Shown: positions 28,730 to 40,627, counted from the stretch's first letter. The stretch is DNA of 64,000 nt from Spirochaetia bacterium (GCA_965226055.1 CBDDCA010000004.1:32001-96000), one strand, 5' to 3'. Numbers and translations are program-made. Notes: a model not told the origin generated them from the letters alone.

Positions 28730-29908
28730 TATGAACCCTTTTGATAAAATCAGTATACCGTAAAATTTCTATTATGCCAAGTGTGTAAAGTTCGTGTTGT
28801 AAGGAAAGTATCAACAATAAGAGGGCGCAGAGTAAGTACACAAGGATCCAGAGAGGGACTTTTTTCTTTGAGTAATACAGCAGGAGAGCCGTGTTTATAA
28901 GAGTTATAGCGTTGATGATTAAAGCTATATTGATACTCACTACTTAAGTGTAAAAAAGTACTGAGAGTAGGATTCTGCATTTTTGCATAGCATTCAGTTT
29001 CAATAAGTTTATGAGAAGCCTCGACATCAGAATTGTAAGTAGGAGAAGCATATGGGATAGTAGTATGGCGTGCCTCGTATGCCGCAAGAGAAGCAACAAA
29101 AGCAGACTGTTTTGTACTAAAAGCCCCTGAGATAAACTCAGAGCCATTATCAGTTTGAATAGTAATAGAGGAAGTATCAACGTGAAAAGAAGCAAGATGA
29201 GTAAGCAGATATTCAATAAACAAAGCGGTATGAGAAGAGCTTTTTTGAGTGGCAAAGCATATCCATAAAGCCCCCGTAGCGACATCACGTGCGGTGATTT
29301 GATACTTTGGGAGACAAAACTTGCGTAATGAGAAGTATAATTCGGGGATATCAGTAAGATATTTAATGTCTACTTGTATTTTGTGACAAAATTGAAGTAG
29401 TGTTTTCCATAGGCGTACTTCTTGGTTTCTTTGTGCTTTTTGCTTTTTACTTGTCTTATAATACCCCATCTTTCTTAGATACTTAATAATAGTTTTTATG
29501 GAATAAGGAATGGTATACTCTCGTTTTATATGAGAGGCAATACATCGTTGATGATAGTGCTGTAATGTTTCGCATATCTCTTTGAGTTTTAACTGATAGT
29601 AAAGTATCATAGTATCTGGATGCTCTACTGAAGCAGGACGTCTATCATAGAGCATAGCTTTAGGCTTCTCTTTGTATCTTTGCAACCACTTGCGTACGGT
29701 ATTAGGAGATACATGAAAGATACGAGCAGTACTTTTGATACCGTGTTCTTTCGCAGAAAGTGCTATAGCTAAGCGTACCTTATGCAGTTCTTTTTGATTT
29801 CTTGTATTATAAAGTGTAGAGTATATCATGTACTCACCCCCTTTTTTTTGTTTTTGTTTATTATTTCCATGATAGTATAATTACTATCATGGATTTTGGG
29901 GGTTCACA
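28730..29908 (-). mobile_element. IS481-like insertion sequence
   Basis: Imperfect terminal inverted repeats TATGAACCC (28730) and GGGTTCACA (ends 29908, i.e. 5'-TGT on minus) flank a single DDE transposase. Confidence 0.6.
28750..29829 (-). CDS. DDE transposase/integrase (rve) with N-terminal HTH, IS481-like
   Basis: TARIFHVSPNTVRKWLQRY HTH; QVDIKY, IQTDNGSEF, NSDVEASH. Confidence 0.88.
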   Translation of the reverse strand: MIYSTLYNTRNQKELHKVRLAIALSAKEHGIKSTARIFHVSPNTVRKWLQRYKEKPKAMLYDRRPASVEHPDTMILYYQLKLKEICETLQHYHQRCIASHIKREYTIPYSIKTIIKYLRKMGYYKTSKKQKAQRNQEVRLWKTLLQFCHKIQVDIKYLTDIPELYFSLRKFCLPKYQITARDVATGALWICFATQKSSSHTALFIEYLLTHLASFHVDTSSITIQTDNGSEFISGAFSTKQSAFVASLAAYEARHTTIPYASPTYNSDVEASHKLIETECYAKMQNPTLSTFLHLSSEYQYSFNHQRYNSYKHGSPAVLLKEKSPSLDPCVLTLRPLIVDTFLTTRTLHTWHNRNFTVY

Positions 29909-29981
29909 CAAGATGGTAAAAGTACATAAAAAATACCTATTTTTATTGAAAGAATCAATGATATTTATTAGTATATACTAT

Positions 29982-30545
29982 ATGAGTGAGAAAATGATGT
30001 TATTAGAAGAGTTATACCCTGATGTTCCTTCTGTAGAAGATATATTAGGGGTAGTAAAGTTTCGTATTATTATTGAAGTTGAACAACAGACAGTAAAAGA
30101 AAAGTATGTAACTCCAGTAATGCATTTTATGGTACATAAAATTGATTCTAATTTACATGATTATGCATATGAATGTGCATGTCTTGAATTAGGTAAATTT
30201 CATGTTAAAAGTTGTGATGATGAATCAAAAAGAGATGATACAATTACAAGTTTGATACAAGAAACTGCAAACAAAATAGCAGAGAGCATACGATTGAATG
30301 TATTTGATCATAAGAATAATTTTTTTGAAGAAATGGTACAATCAGATTTTATGGATGAATATTGGAGAGTGTATAGATTATATTCTTATACACAAGATAG
30401 TAAACATGAAATTCCTATAAATATACATGAACAAGAAAGAAAAGAAATACAGGAATTTGTCGCTGATATAAATTTAAGTAAAGAGACAGGTATAAATAAG
30501 AATGATCAACAATCTTCATATCTTAGAAAAGTAGCAAATGAATAA
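29982..30545 (+). CDS. Hypothetical protein
   Basis: Open frame; the ORF-track start (29889) falls inside the IS end, so start set at ATG 29982. No motif recognised. Confidence 0.55.
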   Translation: MSEKMMLLEELYPDVPSVEDILGVVKFRIIIEVEQQTVKEKYVTPVMHFMVHKIDSNLHDYAYECACLELGKFHVKSCDDESKRDDTITSLIQETANKIAESIRLNVFDHKNNFFEEMVQSDFMDEYWRVYRLYSYTQDSKHEIPINIHEQERKEIQEFVADINLSKETGINKNDQQSSYLRKVANE

Positions 30546-30831
30546 TAGTACCATATATGTGGAGTTAAATTGTTTTTTGAGATTTCTTGTTTATTTACAG
30601 GACTATGTAGGTTCTTTGTCGTTTAACGATAAGCATATATTTACTAATTTTAAATGTATTTATAAGAAAAATAAATCATAATATGCTTTACTGCACACAT
30701 GAGTGATTGGGAAGCAGTATAAAAATTCATAGAAAAAGAAGTATCTCAAAAAGTGATATTTTTAGGTTTTCGTTACATACTTATGTACTAATACTTTCAG
30801 ATATAAGAGATATATGATAAAAAAAAGTGTA

Positions 30832-30890
30832 TTTTTTTTTTTTTTTTTTTTAATTTATGTATTGACAAAATGAGAAATAGTATATAAAAT
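30832..30890 (+). promoter_or_regulatory. Sigma70 promoter with upstream T20 homopolymer
   Basis: T-run 30832-30851; TTGACA 30862-30867; 17-bp spacer; TAAAAT 30885-30890; SD AAGGAG at 30912. Confidence 0.75.
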
Positions 30891-30923
30891 GTAAGAATAA
30901 AATTATATCATAAGGAGTGATGT

Positions 30924-33900
30924 ATGATAAGAAATAATATAACACGAAAAATGTGGGGGGGGGGGGGGGTAAACTCTCTTTTCTCGTATATATAGTGATA
31001 GCTGCTATACTCATAGCATGTACAGATAGTAGTAGCAGTTCATCAGGAGGAGGGTCTGATCCTACTCCACCGACACCGACAACACTTGGGTCAGTATCAG
31101 ATTTATCGATAACATCAGTAGCAGATAATGGATCACTAGAGCTCAGCTGGGAAGCACCAGTAGCAGCAGACAGTGTGGTCATCACCGCAAGTCCTGTAGG
31201 CACTACAGGGCAGTCCTTTAGCGTAACAGTACCCGCACAGGAATATAAGGAACTCTTTCTGGGAAGGCTAAAATACGAGCTAAAAGGCTTGAAAGAGCAT
31301 ACCGCCTATACGATAGAGGTAGAAGCGCAATCAGGAAGTCAGAAGTCGTCAAAGGTATCGCAAGAAATTATTACCGCAGCGGATACCACTGCCCCGCAAG
31401 ATAGCTTTTTTCATGTAGGAGTAGAGAAAGCAGGAGACAACCAGCTCAAAGTAGTATGGGACACAAAGAGGCTAGGGAAAGGCAAAACCGATATAAGCAA
31501 AGCAGAAGTGCAAATAGAAAATGCATCAGGAGAGGTAGTAGCGAAAAAAGAAATAACCAATGTAGAGAGCGGAGAGCTTGCATTTTCGGTAGCGACAAGC
31601 AGTAATGTACGCTACGATGTAAAGATAGTCTATGAAGATATCAATGGCAACAAAGCAAGCGTAAAAGAAGAATTGACAGATATAGATCCCTCAAAGCTCG
31701 GAGAAGCAGTGCCTGCGTTACAAGCATCAAATGTAAAAGTAGAAGCAAAAGATAAAACAGGAGCAGCAGCAGATGAGAGTCTGCTTATTACATGGGGGAA
31801 TTACGATGTAAGCGGTGAAGTAGAACTGTTGGTAGTGGTAGAGACAAGCACGGGACAAGTAGTAGCAGATGCCCGTGTGACAAAAAACAGTGTTGCCCAA
31901 GTAGCAAATGCGACAGAAGAAAAAGGGATGCTGTATGTAGGGCAGAATGGCGTAGCAGTAACCAAGCTCTATGGAGTACAGAGCTACAAAGCGATAGTGC
32001 GACCCTATAAGAACGGGAGATACTATACGGCAGTAGAGAAAGAAGGAACAACCACCGATAAGCAGACAGAAGCAGTAACAAATGTGGGAGTAGTAGCAGG
32101 GCAAACCAGAGTGATAGTAAGCTGGCAAGCACCGCAAGTAGGAGATTATGCAGGAGTAAAGATAACAGTAATGCAAGGGATAACAGTAGTAAAGACAGAG
32201 ACGATAAGGAGCAGTAGTGTAAGGAATGCCGAAATAACAGGCTTGGAAGCAGCAACAAAGTACAAAGTGAAAGTCGTATCGCTTGATAGTGCTGATAACG
32301 AAGGAGCAGCAGCAGAAAAAGAAGTGACAACGCTCACAAATGCAGATACAGAAGCACCTGATGCCGTAGGAAGTATCACCAGTAGAGTAGTACTTTCAGG
32401 AGGCAAGAAAGCGTTGCGTATAGAGTGGGGAGCACCAAATACTACACTTGCGAAAAATCAAGACATAAAAGAATATCTAGTAAGTGTAGCAGAGAAAGAA
32501 GCCCCCAATACCGAAGTGTTGCCATCGACAGCAGTGAAGTATCCAGCGACCCGTTTCTATAAAGAAATAGCAAGTTTAGAATCAGGAAAGACCTACGAAG
32601 TAAAGATACTGAGTAAAGATTATGCAGGAAACGAGAGTGAAAAAACAGCAGAGGTGACAGTGCCAGCAGCACTGGCAGCCCCCTCAAAGGATGGAGTAGA
32701 AGGGATTACGCTTGATAAGAGCGGGGCAATAAGAGCAAAGGTAGCATTTAAGACAGGCCCTGGAAGTAGTATCTATTATCGAGTAAGGATGAACGAAGGA
32801 GCAACAGTCGTAGCAGAAAAGAGCATAACAGGAAGTACAAAAGAAGTATACTTTGGGATAGCAGATGGCCTAGAAGTAGCAAGCACAGAAGGAACAGCAA
32901 AAGAGTATGGGTTTTTTCTAATAGAAATAAAAGGCGGGCAAGTAAGTCCCGCAACAGACATAGCAAGTACAAAGCTCAAAGTATGGGATAGTGTATCGAC
33001 AGCCCCCCCTATGCCCAGTGGAGCAACCTTGAAAGAAGCACAATCATTTAAGGGGATCTATGAGTTTAGTATAGGAACATTTGGAGCATCGTATAAAACA
33101 CCAGCAGGGACGGAGTTATCACAATCACAAGTAGAGTATAGAGTGTACATAGCAGAAGGAGACCATAGCACCCTAGACGAAATACAAGCAGAAAGCGGAG
33201 TAAGAAGCCGTGTGGTACAAGGAAGCAATAGTGCGACCAAGCACAGTATCACCTTTGCAGGAGAAGACAAAAAGACCTATACGGTAGGAGTAGCAGCGAT
33301 AAATACACTCAATAGCACAAAAGTAGCAAGCGGAACAGCAGGAACAATAAAGAAGCTGACAATGGAAGGAGTACAAGCAGTACCTCCAGCCCAGTCCTTA
33401 GTGAATGATATCTTAGCAGTGAGTAAGTCGCTGACAAAAGAAGGGACAATAAAAATAGAAGTGACCGAGTTGACAGCATTTACCAATGCAATAGATGCGT
33501 CAGGAAATCCGATAACAAGTAATGCAGGGCTGGTATATACCGTATATGGCTTGCAAAAAGATACGAACCCAGCAAATGCACAAGAAGTAGTAAGCAATGG
33601 AAGAAAAGTAGCCATAGGAAGTGCAAGTGGAGGCAAGTATACCCAGGATGGAGTAGATAAATTAGGCTTGACAAGCGAAACACCAAAGGTACAAATAGCA
33701 ATAAAAGGGAAAGCGCAATATCATTTTGTGGTAGAAGTAGCAGTAAAAACAGATACGACCAAGAAAGTATACGGAGCAGTAGAAAGTGTGACAACAGGCT
33801 CGCAAGCAAAAGCACCGCTACAAATTGCAATAAACCCGCTCTTGACAGTAGAGGAAACAAACCCAATACCAACAGGCACGATAGACTTGGAACTCACAGA

Positions 33901-36900
33901 GTTGACAGACTTTTCAAGTGCACAAGCAAAAGACGATACAGGAACAGCAATCACCAGTAATGCAGGACTGGTATATACCGTATATGGCTTACAGAAAGAT
34001 ACGAACCCAACAGATAGGCAAGAAGTAATAACAAACGGGAGAAAAGTAGCCATAGGAAATGCAAGAGGCGGCAAGTATACAGTCTCTGGTTTGAGTAAGT
34101 TAGGGCTTACCACAGATGCAGGAGGACAAATAGATATAGTAGAGAGAAAGCAGTATCATTTTGTGGTAGAAGTAGCAATAAAGACAGATGTGGCAAAGAA
34201 AGTAGTAGGAACAATAAAGACGGTAGTACTGTCATCAAAAGCAGTAGCGCCTGCGCAGTCCTTAGTGAACGATATATTAGTGGTGGATACATCAACAACA
34301 GTAGGAGCAGTAAAAGTAGATCTCACAGTATTGACGCAATTTACGAATGCAAAAGATGATGTAGGAGTAGATATTACTAGCAATGCAGGACTTATCTATA
34401 CAGTATATGGACTACAAAAGACAGGAACAGCCCCAAGTATACAGGATATAGTAAACAATAACAAGAAAGTAGCATTAGGAGCAGTAAGTGGCGGAAAGTA
34501 CACAATCAATGCACTCACAACACTCGGAGCAAGTCCCTCAGTAGAAACGATACAAGGCAACAGAGATTACTATTTTGTCGCAGAAGTAGCAGTAAAAACA
34601 GATACAACAAAGAAAGTGTACAGTACTGTAGAGACAGTAAAGACAGCGTCAAAAGCAGTAGCACCTCAGCAGTCCTCAGTGAACGATATATTAGCAGTGA
34701 GTAAATCGACAACAGTAGGAGAAGTAAAGCTAGAAGTAACAGTACTCACGAGCTTTACAGGACTCAAAGCAGACACAGGAGCAGCGATAAACGATAACAC
34801 AGGCCTTAACTACACAGTGTACGGCTTACAGAAAGATACCACACCTACGAAAAATGAAGTACTTGCAGGAAGGAAAGTAGCCATAGGCACAGTAAGTGCA
34901 GGCAAGTATACAGTCAATAGCTTAGATAAGTTAGGGCTCACTACAGACTCTTCAGCACAAGTAGGGATACTTGGCAATAAGCAATATCATTTTGTCGTAG
35001 AGGTAGCAGTAGCAACAGATACGACTAAGAAAGTAGTAGGCAATATAGAAAGTGTGACGACAGATTCAGAAGCAGTAGCACCATCAGCAGGGGCATTGTC
35101 TGGCAATTTTTCTATGGAACAATCAAGTAGCACAGGAGCCGTAAAGCTCACATTACGAAGATTGACAAGTTTTACAGGACTCAAAGCAGACACAGGAGCA
35201 GCGATAAACGATAACACAGGGCTAAGCTACACAGTGTACGGCTTACAGAAAGATACGAACCCAGCAAATGCACAAGAAGTAGTAAGCAATGGAAGAAAAG
35301 TAGCCATAGGCAGTGCCAGTGGAGCAAACACTGCAGGAGTATACACAGTAGAAGCATTGGATAAGCTAGGATTAACAAGCGATTCAGCAGCACAAGTATC
35401 GCTTGTAGTAGGCAAGCAGTATCATTTTGTAGCAGAGGTAGCAGTGGCAACAGACAAGACAAAAAAAGTATTGAGTACTATAGAGAGCATTACAGTATCA
35501 CCAGCAGTACCGCCAGAACAATCCTTAGTGAACAATATACTATCGCTGGGACAATCAAGCACAGTAGAAAAATTAAAGCTAGAACTCACACAACTGACAC
35601 AGTTTACGAATGCAAAAGACAGTACAGGACAAACAATAACAGATAACAGTAATCTTGTATATACCGTGTACGGCTTACAGAAAGATACGAACCCAGCAAA
35701 TGTGCAAGAGATAGTAAGCAATGGAAGAAAAATAGCCATAGGCACAGTAAGTGGAGGCAAGTACACAGTGGAAGCGTTGGATAAGCTAGGGCTAACAAGC
35801 GATTCAGCAGCACAAATAGACCTAGATGGAGGCAAGAAGTATCATTTTGTGGCAGAGGTAGCAATAGCAAGAGCACCAGGAAAAAGAGTGTACAGTACGG
35901 TACAAAGGATAACAGTGTCTCAAGCAACCCCTCTAAATCAATCAGTGATAGCAGATAACCTCATACTAACAGCAGATTCTGTAGGAGGCATCATTGTGGA
36001 AGTTACTCTGGCCACTGCATTTACTGATGCAAAGAAATTTAATGGAACATCGGTAACTGCAAACAGTGATCTTGAATATAAAGTATATCTGCTAAAAGAT
36101 ACAGGAAGTACACCAACAGCAGCAGAAGTTCGTCAAGGAACAAAAATAAGTGTTTTGGTGGATTTAGTGGAAGGAAAATCTCTTTATTCTGCTAGTAAAA
36201 ATTTCTTTGTGGTGGAACTAAACACAAAGTATCATTTTGTGTTGGAGGTAGAAATAAAATCAGATACAACAAAAACAGTATATAGCAATGTAAAAAACAT
36301 TACCTCAGCAAACAATGTGTCACGAGCAGAAGCTCCCCATAAGGCATTGCTTGCAAATAAGTTAGCAGTATCACAGTCATCCCCAATAGGAGCAATAAAG
36401 CTGGTGTTGACACAGTTGTCTGATTTTGAGTATGGTAGTACTTTTGATAGAGTATATACAAGAGTAGACAGTGGAAAAAGAATAAATAGTAATGAGCATT
36501 TAGAGTATAAGATATTTGGTATTCAACAGGATACAGTGCCTACTGCAAAAGAAGTGATAGATAAGGGATCAGAAATAGCACTTCCTGCACTAAGTGGATC
36601 TACAGTGAAAGGAGGAAGATATACACTAAATGCACTTTCAACAGTAGGCGGATCTTCTATTAAAGGAAAGCAGTATTATTTTGTATTTCAAATAGCAGTA
36701 AAATCTGATCTTACTGCCAAAGTAGTGTCAGATGTGGAAAGTATTCTTGTTGATACCCTTGTTCCTACTGAGGTAAATGCCATTACATTTACTTCAATTT
36801 CAGGAGGAGCTAATGGCACGGCAACAGTACAATGGAATGCTCCTACATTGGGGAATAATTATAAGACAAAGACAGGAACAGCATTGCAAGCCAGTCAAGT

Positions 36901-38581
36901 GTCATATAAAGTATATCATGCAGAAAAAGGAGCAACAGCAAGAACAGTAGCACAGATTAAAGCAGCAGATAATAGCCCTATGACAATAGGAGCAAATGTA
37001 AAGACAGCAGGATTGACAAGCCTTAAAGCAGGGGTAAATTACGAAGTAGTAGTACAAGCAGTAAACAGTACCGATACTACAAAAATGTCAGAGGGTAAGA
37101 GGGCAGAGTTTAAGACAGCACAAGGAGCAGCACCTGGTACTCCTACTGTAGCACTAGAAGCAAATGGCAATACAATAGAGGTAGATGTTACTGCACCGAG
37201 TTTTAGAGGAACAAAGACAGATGGTACAGGATTGACAGAAGATGAGATCAACTATACATTATATTACTATGCATCGACAAGTACCTTGACAGCAGCACAG
37301 GTAAAAACACAAGCAGGAACAGCAAGTGATCCAAAGGTAGGAGGAGTAAAAAATGATGTAACATCGAAAGCAATATATGTACTAGACAATCTCAACAAAG
37401 GACAGAAGTACTTTATTACCGTAGAGGCAGTAAATAGCATTGTAAACAATAGATCTGCCCCTACTTCTGCAGAAAGTGTTACCACTGCAACCTTTACTAT
37501 AGAGTTGCAAAATAGTAATAGTACATATACAGTAGGTACTGCTATTACGCCAATAACAATAACAAAAGATCCAAGCAATGCAACATTTAGCTGTACTATT
37601 GATGCACTAACGAAAGAGACAGGCTTACAATTTTCTGTAAGAGATGGTATCACTGGCACGCCTAACAAATCGAATGAGCATGATCCTTTTATCAGAGAGT
37701 ATAAATACACTTTAGTATGTACAGGAACAGGATTGCATGCAGGACAGCAAAGGCGTAGCATTACAATACAAACAGAGCTACAAGCAGTACAAGGAAAAGC
37801 AGCTAATTACTATAGGCCAACGACAAAGAATACGTTGAGAGATATTATAGATGCAGAGGTAAAGGCACAGAATAAACAAGATCCTAATCTTAACATGATA
37901 GATACCAGTGCTATTACTGATATGAATAATTTATTTTCTGATGTAGGTGGTTATAACTATCAATCTCTTAGAAAAAATGCATTTAATGGAGATCTTTCAA
38001 ATTGGAATACAAGTGAAGTTATAGTTATGGATTATCTGTTTTTTCAATTATTAGTGTTTAATCAGGATATATCGGAATGGGATGTAAGTAATGTCGTTAG
38101 TATGGACTCTATATTTAGAGGTGCTGTGAAATTTAATCAGGATATATCGGAATGGGATGTAAGTAAAGTTACTACTATGGAGTATATGTTTTATGGTGCT
38201 AAAAAGTTTAATCAGGATATATCGCAATGGAATGTAGGTAAAGTTGCTAATATGGATGCTATGTTTGCTGCAGCTTCAGCATTTAATCAGGATATATCAT
38301 CTTGGAAAGTGAGTAATGTTGAGAATATGGACACTATGTTTACTGCAGCTTCAGCATTTAATCAGGATATATCATCTTGGAAAGTGAAGGAAATTGTAGA
38401 CATCGGACAAATGTTTTGGATGGCAGCGAAATTTGATCAAGATTTATCAAGCTGGAATGTATGTACATCGCAAACTTTTAAGAGCTTGAAGGTGTTTAAG
38501 GATACTCCTATGGAGAGTAAAGACGCTCAATACCCAACAGCATTGGATAAAAATACCGATAAAAGATGTTTAGGGTTTTAG
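30924..38581 (+). CDS. Giant surface lipoprotein (FN3-like domains, ~8 x 140-aa repeats, Ig-like domain, C-terminal DUF285/BspA repeats); phase-variable, frameshifted at poly-G
   Basis: Main ORF 30953-38581 with lipobox ILIAC and Ser-rich linker. The SD-preceded ATG 30924 is out of frame across G15 (30955-30969). C-terminal FNQDISxWxV repeats. Confidence 0.85.
30955..30969 (+). repeat. G15 homopolymer in signal-peptide coding region
   Basis: 15 consecutive G in an AT-rich genome; G13 or G16 would fuse ATG 30924 to the main ORF. Confidence 0.9.
33377..36760 (+). repeat. About eight tandem ~420-bp (~140-aa) domain repeats
   Basis: Recurring L.YTVYGLQKDT...GRKVAIG...GKYT...YHFVVEVA..TD..KKV. 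Units begin near 33377, 33808, 34241, 34655, 35072, 35504, 35924 and 36329. Confidence 0.85.
37980..38460 (+). repeat. 75-bp DUF285/BspA-type coding repeats
   Basis: tttaatcaggatatatc at 38057, 38132, 38207, 38282 and 38357 (25-aa period). Confidence 0.9.
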
Positions 38582-38607
38582 GGGGATAATCATCCTATAT
38601 AGGAGAC

Positions 38608-38645
38608 AAAAAAGGAATACAAGATGTTCTTGTATTCCTTTTTTT
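38608..38645 (+). terminator. Rho-independent terminator (bidirectional-type)
   Basis: aaaaaaggaatacaaga-tgt-tcttgtattcctttttt. Confidence 0.88.
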
Positions 38646-38712
38646 CTATAATTGAAAGTAATGTCTCATATTGTACCACTAATTAGAGTACTTATAGTAA
38701 AATAATAAAAGT

Positions 38713-39423
38713 ATGTTTTTTATGGTAGCATATCCAATACTTATTCTCTTATTTTTACATGCAAAAGGAACTGTATGTTTTCATAAAATGATACGTATAT
38801 TTTACATAAGTACAATATTTGTATTGCCATTAAGTCCTTTTGTGCTTATTCTTATTCGTTATATGTATAGAAATATAGATTATTTACTGCTCTTTGAAAA
38901 TATTCCTTTTATTCTTATCCATATTGCTGTATTACCTATAGCTCTTGTCCTTATTTTATTTTTTCTGCTTCGTACATTTGTATGGTGGAAATCACAGGAT
39001 ATAATTATTGTGATTATTTTTGTAGAATTGATGATAAATATATCAAATATCGTTATAGGATATTCTTTTTTTAGTTTTGCAGATGTGCTTATTATTCCAC
39101 TAGTAAAAATGGCAAGTATACAGCTATTTATATGTTTTATGCTTTTACAAAACATTACTCTTCATACTGGTAAGATAGCAGATAATACAGCTGCCTCTGT
39201 TCAGTCTAAAGATTCTAATGATGCACTTCTTCTTACTCTATGTAAGAGTACCACCATTGTATGTTTCATAGCTTCGTTTGTAAATTCGGTAGTAGTGATA
39301 TATTTTAGCAATCTTTCATTTTATTTTGCTGCATATGCTTATTCGTTGTTTTCTGTAATAGCTGGTTGGGGTGGCTTAGCGTTATGTTATTATGCAAAAG
39401 GTAAGCTATATAACAATGTATAA
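38713..39423 (+). CDS. Hypothetical multi-TM membrane protein
   Basis: About 7 hydrophobic segments. Confidence 0.6.
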   Translation: MFFMVAYPILILLFLHAKGTVCFHKMIRIFYISTIFVLPLSPFVLILIRYMYRNIDYLLLFENIPFILIHIAVLPIALVLILFFLLRTFVWWKSQDIIIVIIFVELMINISNIVIGYSFFSFADVLIIPLVKMASIQLFICFMLLQNITLHTGKIADNTAASVQSKDSNDALLLTLCKSTTIVCFIASFVNSVVVIYFSNLSFYFAAYAYSLFSVIAGWGGLALCYYAKGKLYNNV

Positions 39424-40471
39424 ACTTTCTCTCTTCTTTCTATTGTGTATTTTGGTAATATTGTCATGCTCAGAGAACGCTCCAGAACAGAAAGCACAAG
39501 CAGATACACAAGAAAGCACAAGTACTCAAGATACAGAAGAGCAAAGTACCATATCAAGTGATGATGTTCTTGTAAATGAACAAGATACTAATGCTAGTCC
39601 TTTCAAAAAGAGAATAGCTCATAGTATGGATGTAGCACTTGTAAGCGATCCTTTTTTTCCTGCTATCTTTAATACACTTAATTTTAATAATTTTGAGCTT
39701 TTTTATTATAATGCAATGCGCTTAGGGATGAATGCTCAACTATTTACTTTGCTTGATACTGCATATGATACCACTGCTTTACAAGATACATTTTTAGCAA
39801 GTTATACGCCTCTGAATAATAGAGATATAGGTAATATACTGTATGCAAAAGATATAATTATATCTCCTTTATTGTCTCAGTTTAATCCTGAGTTTGTAAG
39901 CATGCTTCGCAACTATAGAAAAGCTGTGCAAAGAAGTACTCCTCTTGTGTTTTCTATAAAACCAAGAAATAATAGAGAAACAGATCTACAAGTTGATAAT
40001 GCATATGCGTTGCATGCTATGGCAAAAGATATAGCAACCATGTTTATTGATAATGATACATTAGAACGATTAGTTATTTTAGCTGATCTTAAAAATCCAA
40101 TACAGGTATCTGAGAATATTCGTATAGTGTTACAGCATTTATATCAAATTGCCCCTACCATTTCGACTGAGATATTTTGGAAAGCACGGCATTTAGGAGA
40201 AGAACAACAAACTATACAAGATGCTTTTAACCTAAACAGTAGTTCGGTAGTGTTTTTACTTTTTGTGGGGAGTCATCTTGATGTGGTATTACAATATATG
40301 TTTGAGAACAAAAGTCAATGGATAAATAAGGTATTTATAGTGCAAACATGGAAATCAACATTACATTTTTTTGGAAAAGAAGGGATAGTAGTAGCAAGTG
40401 TGGATAACGGATTAGATTCTTTTTTTAGAAAAAAAACATACGCTTATTCTCTCTTAAGGCAATACAAGTAG
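39416..40471 (+). CDS. Hypothetical lipoprotein
   Basis: MYKLSLFFLLCILVILSC lipobox followed by a polar linker. Confidence 0.65.
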   Translation: MYKLSLFFLLCILVILSCSENAPEQKAQADTQESTSTQDTEEQSTISSDDVLVNEQDTNASPFKKRIAHSMDVALVSDPFFPAIFNTLNFNNFELFYYNAMRLGMNAQLFTLLDTAYDTTALQDTFLASYTPLNNRDIGNILYAKDIIISPLLSQFNPEFVSMLRNYRKAVQRSTPLVFSIKPRNNRETDLQVDNAYALHAMAKDIATMFIDNDTLERLVILADLKNPIQVSENIRIVLQHLYQIAPTISTEIFWKARHLGEEQQTIQDAFNLNSSSVVFLLFVGSHLDVVLQYMFENKSQWINKVFIVQTWKSTLHFFGKEGIVVASVDNGLDSFFRKKTYAYSLLRQYK

Positions 40472-40564
40472 TAGTGAAAGTATACGAGAAAGCATTTCTT
40501 TTTGCACTTAGTTTTGAATTGCTATAGAAATTTCAAACTTGAATTTCAAAAAATTTCTGTGAGC

Positions 40565-40594
40565 TTGACATATTTTTAACAATTATTGTATACT
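40565..40594 (+). promoter_or_regulatory. Sigma70 promoter for tRNA-secE-nusG operon
   Basis: TTGACA-18 bp-TATACT with TG just upstream of -10. Confidence 0.65.
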
Positions 40595-40627
40595 ATTACT
40601 AGTATAGTGGCAATTTATATATGAATT

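Noticed and set aside
28722-29288. Alternative-frame ORFs inside the transposase (possible programmed frameshift)
   Set aside because: The transposase is complete in a single frame with HTH and DDE motifs; the other frames are Leu-rich shadows.
31727-37761. Numerous minus-strand Leu-rich ORFs within the giant lipoprotein
   Set aside because: Artefacts of extreme purine and codon bias on the coding strand.
38057-38440. Regular 75-bp repeats with variable intervening sequence, superficially CRISPR-like
   Set aside because: In-frame 25-aa DUF285/BspA coding repeats; the 'spacers' are homologous to each other and no cas genes are present.
30924-38581. Diversity-generating retroelement target hypothesis for the adhesin
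   Set aside because: No reverse transcriptase and no TR/VR pair with adenine-specific mismatches seen in the window.
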